Virus record (IMG/VR): IMGVR_UViG_3300009441_000021 | Location: 1 to 31,780 of that record | Source: a virus | Lineage: Duplodnaviria; Caudoviricetes | Direction: 5' to 3' (one strand) | Length of the DNA stretch: 31,780 nt | Part shown: positions 26,330 through 31,780 of the stretch, piece by piece | Layout of the letters: the number at the start of each line of letters is the position of its first letter | How positions within the stretch are numbered: the stretch's first letter is position 1 | Program-made: the position numbers and the translations under genes | Notes under the pieces: generated by a model | Databases searched by the model: none | Told to the model about the DNA's origin: nothing | Seen by the model: only the letters and a program-made list of their open reading frames with translations

Positions 26330-29300
26330 ATGAATACTAACAACTCTATTTCTAATTCGCTCAAGAAGTTACTTGAAATTAACGCAAATTCTTTAAAGAC
26401 ATTTGAGAGAATTAACGAAGCGATAACAACTGATCAAAAGGACGTGTCTTTAGAGATACTAACAGATGGCGGAACCAAAACAGTTTATGTGCCATCGTTT
26501 GGTTTCATGAAACGAGAACTAGAGAGGTTAGATACTAATCTAAAATCTTTAGCAGGTTTAGGTAAAGGTAATACAAGGATAAAACTACCAGACGGTACAT
26601 ATCAGAGTATTATTACTTCTACACTAAAAACACCTGCCAGTGATATTACAAGTTTTAATAGACCTGTAAATTTTTCAACTAAAGCTAATTACTTTTTTGA
26701 AGATTTCTTAAACCCATTATTGACAACTTCGATTGATGTAAGTGGTCAAATACCGAACACGACCGAAAGAGTATTAGTTAAAAGAATTTTAATCGATTCT
26801 TCTAATGCAATATCTGTTGATTATTTTAATACTAATTTTAAAAATAAAGATGGTTTAAATTATAATAATGTAATTAAGGACATTACGAACAATAATATAG
26901 CATATACTTTAGATGAAGATACTAGGGACATGCCATATAGAAACGCACAGTTTACTGGTAAGTTTGATGTATTAAAAATTAGTAATTCTAAGAGGGAACA
27001 ACTTTCTAGTGGAGCTGGTGCTGGAATTGCTGGAGGCGCAGGTGTCACAGTAAAACGTAATATTAAACTGTATACATTAGACAAGTTAACGTACAGTGAT
27101 TCTACTAAAACACTAAATGATACAGAAACTTTAAAGGTAGGATCTGAATTAATGATACAAAGTGGCGCTAGAAATACTAGATACAAAATTACACGTATTG
27201 ATGGATCTACGAATCAAGTTGAATTATTAGTAATCGAAGGATATGAGTCTATTAAATTAGGTGCTGATCAATTAAGTATTTACAAAAATGACACAGCTAA
27301 TCTTAGTATTGATATAAATGTAGGTTTTAATGAAAGAATGTTGGTGTTTGTTAAAGCAATTGATCCCGACTCTAAAATTCTAGCTGAAAACTGGTCACCG
27401 GGAATTGGACTATATAGTAACGAATTAACACTTATACAATCAGATGGTTCAAAAACAAGACTGGATGATTACTATAAGGAAGAAGTTGCAGATTTTGGAA
27501 GATATATTAACGCATTAAAAGAGGATGCTATACCTCCGGCAGCACAAGGTATTACACCTGATGCTCCATCGCTTGACATTAACAACTTTAAGGTAGTACA
27601 AGTTAATACTCACCTGACTGCCAATGATACTGCTGATAAGATTAAGAAATTATCTGCTGATAAGATTACAGTTGAAGAGAAGATCAAAAGATTAGATGAG
27701 ACTATTGTTAAGAAAAGATCTGAGATTTCTACTAAGAAGTATGAATCTGCTATCCAAAAGGATAAAGACAAGAATGAACTAGAGTCTCTTATTACTGAAA
27801 GAACTAGTGAAACGAGTTTATATAATAGTATTGTGAACCAAATACAATCGTTAGCATCTGGGACTAATGCAACTAAGGTTGCACCTAAGTACAGAGTTAG
27901 AGGTTTTTGGGGAGTGCCAACCGCAAAGAAGGTTGCTGATACAGTTGATCAAAATATTGTACAATTTGTTGTACAGTATAGATATTTGTCAACTAGTGGT
28001 AAAGCAAGTGAAGTTACACAACTTCCATTCACAGAAGGTACTAGACAGAAAACAGCAGTATTTTCTAATTGGAATGAAATGAAAACTAAAACTAGAGATA
28101 GATTTAGAGATTCTAAAACTAGAAAGTTTGCATGGCAAAATAGTCTAGTAGAAGATGCACAAGAAGTTAATTTTAATCAATTAGACATTTCTATTAATGA
28201 AGGTGAGTTAGTTGAATTTAGAGTTAAATCAGTGTCTGAAGCTGGTTATCCTGCTAATCCAATATATTCTGAATGGTCAGAATCAATCACGATGGATTTT
28301 CCAATTGCGGAAATAGACACAACTAACGTAGATGCTTTATTAATGTCGAACGCTGCTGAAACAGCGTCAGTTAAAATATCGGAGGAGCTTTCTTCTAAAG
28401 GTGTATATTCGCATATAGATGATTCATTCAGTGCAAACGAGAAATATTACGCACACGCTGCTGTTAATATTGCATCAGGATTCTTATCTGCAGAACAAAA
28501 ACCAATTTCTGTATATGATAAAATTGCAGAACTCGAAGCTCAGATAGCTTCGCTTAAAGGTGCAGTTGAAGTTGAAATCGGCGAATTGGTAGTTAAGATA
28601 ATGGATGAAGATGGTACAGTTACTGTTATTAATAATGGGACCAAAAACCAAATATTCGCAGGTTATTACACGGACGAAGTTGCTAGTTTAACTGTTAAAA
28701 AAGGACATATTGTTACTAAGACATTTAAAATGTTATTAGAAAACACCAAAGCTACTAAATTAGAACTAGTTTCTAGATTAGTTGGTGATAGAAATTTACC
28801 AGCATATAGATCTACCACCGCAGGTTCTGCTATAGCAGATAATGGGTTTGGTGTAATAGAAAACGATAATAATGTAGCAGACGCTGATGTTAAGATTAGT
28901 TCTGATAACTATTATACATCTGAAGGTAAATATGATTTAGTACCTATTCAATATCAAAACATAGATCAAGACTCAATATCAGCATATGACTTATTATCTG
29001 ATGCTCCATATCAGTCTGCACAGAGACGTGGACAATTCGTTTATTCTAGATTCATGGATATTGCTAATCAAAATCCATTGTATATAACTGAATCTTTATT
29101 ATCAACCGCTACTGCGAGTTTGAATAATTATGAATACTCTTTAGGTTATACTAGTATTGGTAGTACGGATGTCGTTGATTTAAAGTCACCTTCTGGAAAT
29201 GGTAATTCAGTTGATTTTATATGGACCGGGACATTTGGTAAGAGTACTACTGGAAGTAGCACAGCTGTAGATTTAAGTGTAGATTTTAGCGCTAGTCAAG

Positions 29301-30088
29301 TAGACGTATGTAGTATAGGTTTAATTGGTGCTGCAAATTACAACAATGGCCTATACATACACAAAGATCATCCTGATTTAGAAAACCTGTACAGTGATTT
29401 AAAGGACAATGGATCTATTGATGAGGCAAGCGTAACAGATGCCGAACAAAAAGCACATGTTCAAGCTATTGTTGATAATGCAATATACACAATGCCTATC
29501 ACGTCAACATATGCAACAGGAACATCGTTTGTATATAGTGGATCTGGATCTGGTACAGGCTCAGGGATTTTTGGCCCGGCAGTAGTTACTGGAAACAACG
29601 CAACTAAACAATTGGCTTTTCAAAAGACTAGCGATTTAATAACACCGGGCGGCAGATCTTTTAAAATGTCATTTGATGCAAATGATCAATATCTTTTAGG
29701 TGGACGTTCATGTGGAGCATTCTTATTTTTATCTCCTATTAATTTGAACACACTAAAGGTAGAGGGTGACACTAAGCAAAGTAGAAAACAAATTAAAGGA
29801 AAAGTAGCAACGCTTGATAATTCTAATGCGCTTTCAGTTGATATTATATTTCAATATAGAATGACTGATTACTTTGGTAATGATCCAGATTCTGACACAG
29901 GACGAGTTGGTGGTCAAGCTAAATTAAGATTTCCTAATTTAACATATACTAAAAAGATAGGTTTAGATATATTTGATAAACATGATCAACAATTTTCATT
30001 TGACTTAGAAGTGTTTGCTAAATATACAGCAAAGGGTAAAAACTTAAACTCTATTCGAGCTGCAAAGCTTACAAGATACGGTGCATAA
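26330..30088 (+). CDS. Large putative virion/tail protein (1252 aa) with coiled coils and an FN3-like domain
   Basis: Coiled coil IKKLSADKITVEEKIKRLDETI...; FN3-like FVVQYRYL...VEFRVKSVSEAG...SEWSES; second coil KIAELEAQIASLKG. Confidence 0.65.
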   Translation: MNTNNSISNSLKKLLEINANSLKTFERINEAITTDQKDVSLEILTDGGTKTVYVPSFGFMKRELERLDTNLKSLAGLGKGNTRIKLPDGTYQSIITSTLKTPASDITSFNRPVNFSTKANYFFEDFLNPLLTTSIDVSGQIPNTTERVLVKRILIDSSNAISVDYFNTNFKNKDGLNYNNVIKDITNNNIAYTLDEDTRDMPYRNAQFTGKFDVLKISNSKREQLSSGAGAGIAGGAGVTVKRNIKLYTLDKLTYSDSTKTLNDTETLKVGSELMIQSGARNTRYKITRIDGSTNQVELLVIEGYESIKLGADQLSIYKNDTANLSIDINVGFNERMLVFVKAIDPDSKILAENWSPGIGLYSNELTLIQSDGSKTRLDDYYKEEVADFGRYINALKEDAIPPAAQGITPDAPSLDINNFKVVQVNTHLTANDTADKIKKLSADKITVEEKIKRLDETIVKKRSEISTKKYESAIQKDKDKNELESLITERTSETSLYNSIVNQIQSLASGTNATKVAPKYRVRGFWGVPTAKKVADTVDQNIVQFVVQYRYLSTSGKASEVTQLPFTEGTRQKTAVFSNWNEMKTKTRDRFRDSKTRKFAWQNSLVEDAQEVNFNQLDISINEGELVEFRVKSVSEAGYPANPIYSEWSESITMDFPIAEIDTTNVDALLMSNAAETASVKISEELSSKGVYSHIDDSFSANEKYYAHAAVNIASGFLSAEQKPISVYDKIAELEAQIASLKGAVEVEIGELVVKIMDEDGTVTVINNGTKNQIFAGYYTDEVASLTVKKGHIVTKTFKMLLENTKATKLELVSRLVGDRNLPAYRSTTAGSAIADNGFGVIENDNNVADADVKISSDNYYTSEGKYDLVPIQYQNIDQDSISAYDLLSDAPYQSAQRRGQFVYSRFMDIANQNPLYITESLLSTATASLNNYEYSLGYTSIGSTDVVDLKSPSGNGNSVDFIWTGTFGKSTTGSSTAVDLSVDFSASQVDVCSIGLIGAANYNNGLYIHKDHPDLENLYSDLKDNGSIDEASVTDAEQKAHVQAIVDNAIYTMPITSTYATGTSFVYSGSGSGTGSGIFGPAVVTGNNATKQLAFQKTSDLITPGGRSFKMSFDANDQYLLGGRSCGAFLFLSPINLNTLKVEGDTKQSRKQIKGKVATLDNSNALSVDIIFQYRMTDYFGNDPDSDTGRVGGQAKLRFPNLTYTKKIGLDIFDKHDQQFSFDLEVFAKYTAKGKNLNSIRAAKLTRYGA

Positions 30089-30089
30089 A

Positions 30090-30142
30090 TTAAATCTGGA
30101 TATATAATACAGACAGATGAACTGTGTTATAAAAAGATTTAA
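30090..30142 (+). promoter_or_regulatory. Two-tier stem-loop containing a GATATATA box (30099-30106)
   Basis: TTAAATCT (30090-97) pairs with AGATTTAA (30135-42); TATAATACAG (30103-12) pairs with CTGTGTTATA (30122-31, one G-U); ends 4 nt before ATG 30147. Confidence 0.65.
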
Positions 30143-30146
30143 ATAA

Positions 30147-31780
30147 ATGAGTGCAATTCAAAGTATACTAATTATAGATACAGGTCAAACAGACGCTGTA
30201 TCTGCTTGTTCCTTTTCGGGAGCAGGCTCAACGGGAGTACAATTTAATAGCAACTCACTTAAACCGGCTAATCTAGATATTCTTTACACTGATTACGGAA
30301 ACCTAATAGTATTTAATGGTGGTGATCAATTCTTTAAGGAAACTGGCGCTAACGGTACAGAAACTTTTAAAGTGGGCGTCGACGGTGCAGTTTCTGAAGT
30401 AGCATCATGTGCGATTCCAGATATTACTGCTCCTGTTATTACTGTAACTGGAAACAATCCTGTTACTGTTGAATTAGGAACGACTTATACAGACGCTGGA
30501 GCCACTGCTGATGGTGGAGAAACAGTTACGGCAGCAGTTACACCAACCGGAACTGTTGATACCTCAATAGTTAGAGAGTATACAATTACATATACGGCAA
30601 CAGATGCTGTAGGAAATATAGGAACAGCCACCAGAACGGTTAATGTTGTTGATACAACGTTACCTTTACTTACTGTAAATGGAGATAATCCAGCTACGGT
30701 TGAAATGGGAGGTACTTATACAGATATTGGTGCAACTTCAGATGGTGGTGAAACCGTTACTTCTACTGGAACTGTTGATACCTCAACCGGTGGAGCGTAT
30801 ACCATTACTTACTCAGCTACTGATGCTGCAGGGAATATAGGAACAGCAACAAGAATAGTGAATGTTGTTGATAATACTGCACCTATAATTACTATAACTG
30901 GAGATAATCCTGCTACTGTTGAATTAGGAACAACATATGATGACGCTGGAGCTACCGCTGATGGTGGAGAAACAGTTACTTCTACGGGAACAGTAACTAC
31001 TTCTATTGTAGGAACATATACGATTACATATACGGCAACAGATGCCAATAACAATACAGGAACTGCTACTAGAACAGTGAATGTGGTTGATACTACTGGA
31101 CCTATAATTACCATTAATGGTAATAATGCACCTACAATAGAGGCTGGTACCAGTTATACAGACGCTGGAGCTACCGCTGATGGTGGAGAAACAGTTACTT
31201 CTACAGGAACGGTTGATACTACTACCGTAGGAACTTACGATATTACATATACGGCAACAGATGCCAATAACAATACAGGAACTGCTACTAGAACTGTTAC
31301 AGTTGTAGATACAAGTCCACCAATTATAACACTAAACGGTGACGCAACATTAAATATAAATGTGAATAGTACATATGCCGATCCAGGCTATACTGCTATA
31401 GATATTCACGATGGGGATATTACTTCAAATGTTCTTGTCACAGGAACAGTAAATACTGCTACTGTAGGAACATATACGATTAAATATAACGTCAGTGACG
31501 CTGTTCCACTCCCTGCAGTTGAAGTGACTAGAACTGTAAATGTAAATGATTCTTCCGCGCCAATTCCTGTAGATGCTGCATATGATGTAGTATGGAATCA
31601 AACATTGGCAATAACTTTAGTGGCTAATGACAATGTAGACACTCCTATAGCTTTAACGTATACTATAATAACTCAGCCAACTAGAGGTAATCTTATTTTT
31701 GTGGATAACAATGCTGTTATTTATGAACACACAGAGAGTACTATTGGATCAGATTTTTTCACGTTTAAAGCAACGGATAC
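30147..31780 (+). CDS. 3'-truncated Ig-repeat adhesin-like protein (five DUF5011/HYR-like domains then a Big_9/cadherin-like domain); not in ORF track
   Basis: Translated by hand from ATG 30147: MSAIQSILIIDTGQ...DITAPVITVTGNNPVTVELGTTYTDAGATADGGE...YTITYTATDAVGNIGTATRTVNVVD (x5)...LTYTIITQPTRGNL...DFFTFKATD; no stop before the window end. Confidence 0.9.
   Translation, partial: MSAIQSILIIDTGQTDAVSACSFSGAGSTGVQFNSNSLKPANLDILYTDYGNLIVFNGGDQFFKETGANGTETFKVGVDGAVSEVASCAIPDITAPVITVTGNNPVTVELGTTYTDAGATADGGETVTAAVTPTGTVDTSIVREYTITYTATDAVGNIGTATRTVNVVDTTLPLLTVNGDNPATVEMGGTYTDIGATSDGGETVTSTGTVDTSTGGAYTITYSATDAAGNIGTATRIVNVVDNTAPIITITGDNPATVELGTTYDDAGATADGGETVTSTGTVTTSIVGTYTITYTATDANNNTGTATRTVNVVDTTGPIITINGNNAPTIEAGTSYTDAGATADGGETVTSTGTVDTTTVGTYDITYTATDANNNTGTATRTVTVVDTSPPIITLNGDATLNINVNSTYADPGYTAIDIHDGDITSNVLVTGTVNTATVGTYTIKYNVSDAVPLPAVEVTRTVNVNDSSAPIPVDAAYDVVWNQTLAITLVANDNVDTPIALTYTIITQPTRGNLIFVDNNAVIYEHTESTIGSDFFTFKATD
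30420..31547 (+). repeat. Five tandem Ig-like domain repeats (231, 219, 219, 219, 240 nt)
   Basis: Units begin at in-frame GAT (Asp) codons at 30420, 30651, 30870, 31089 and 31308; units 3 and 4 share long identical nucleotide runs. Confidence 0.92.

Noticed and set aside
450-30088. Stop-codon reassignment as in some large Bacteroidota phages
   Set aside because: Genes are full-length and tightly packed under the standard code; TAG (971) and TGA (5154) both appear to act as stops.
365-30146. tRNA, rRNA, intron or intein
   Set aside because: Intergenic gaps are all under 90 nt with no cloverleaf seen; no interrupted genes or intein/homing-endonuclease motifs recognised by eye.
2458-31114. 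All other minus-strand ORFs and nested plus-strand ORFs (2935, 8794, 19909, 27867) in the track
   Set aside because: They lie within longer plus-strand genes, show no family motifs, and several just mirror repeats (e.g. 10415-10693 SGVG from PEPT; 30809-31114 from Ig repeats).
30420-31547. Diversity-generating retroelement template/variable repeat pair
   Set aside because: Repeats are in-frame tandem protein domains, differences are not confined to adenines, and no reverse transcriptase is in the window.

Overview
AT-rich, densely coding, single-strand (+) segment of what is best read as a large T4-like myovirus (jumbo-phage-type) genome, probably infecting Bacteroidota. The host inference rests on no Shine-Dalgarno motifs at starts, a Bacteroidota-style lipoprotein and a Bacteroidota-type S1 N-terminus. 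1-6144 holds the tail of an acidic repeat protein, a terminator, dCMP deaminase, a DinG/YoaA-family Fe-S helicase, a low-complexity lipoprotein and six small hypotheticals. 6199-31780 is a contractile-tail baseplate/neck module: tube-fold proteins, gp53/LysM, gp27-like hub, gp5/gpV-like spike with HxH tip, gp13 neck, gp25, gp6, gp7-like, gp9/10-like, two large structural proteins, and an Ig-repeat adhesin running off the end that is absent from the ORF track. The standout is a two-gene insert inside the baseplate cluster: a four-domain ribosomal protein bS1 homolog and a COOH-NH2 amidoligase fused to a beta-helix-like tail. Each is preceded by a GATATATA box that recurs before structural genes and at two sites lies in the 5' arm of a hairpin covering the downstream ribosome-loading region. 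All family calls are from motif recognition by eye; no searches were run.
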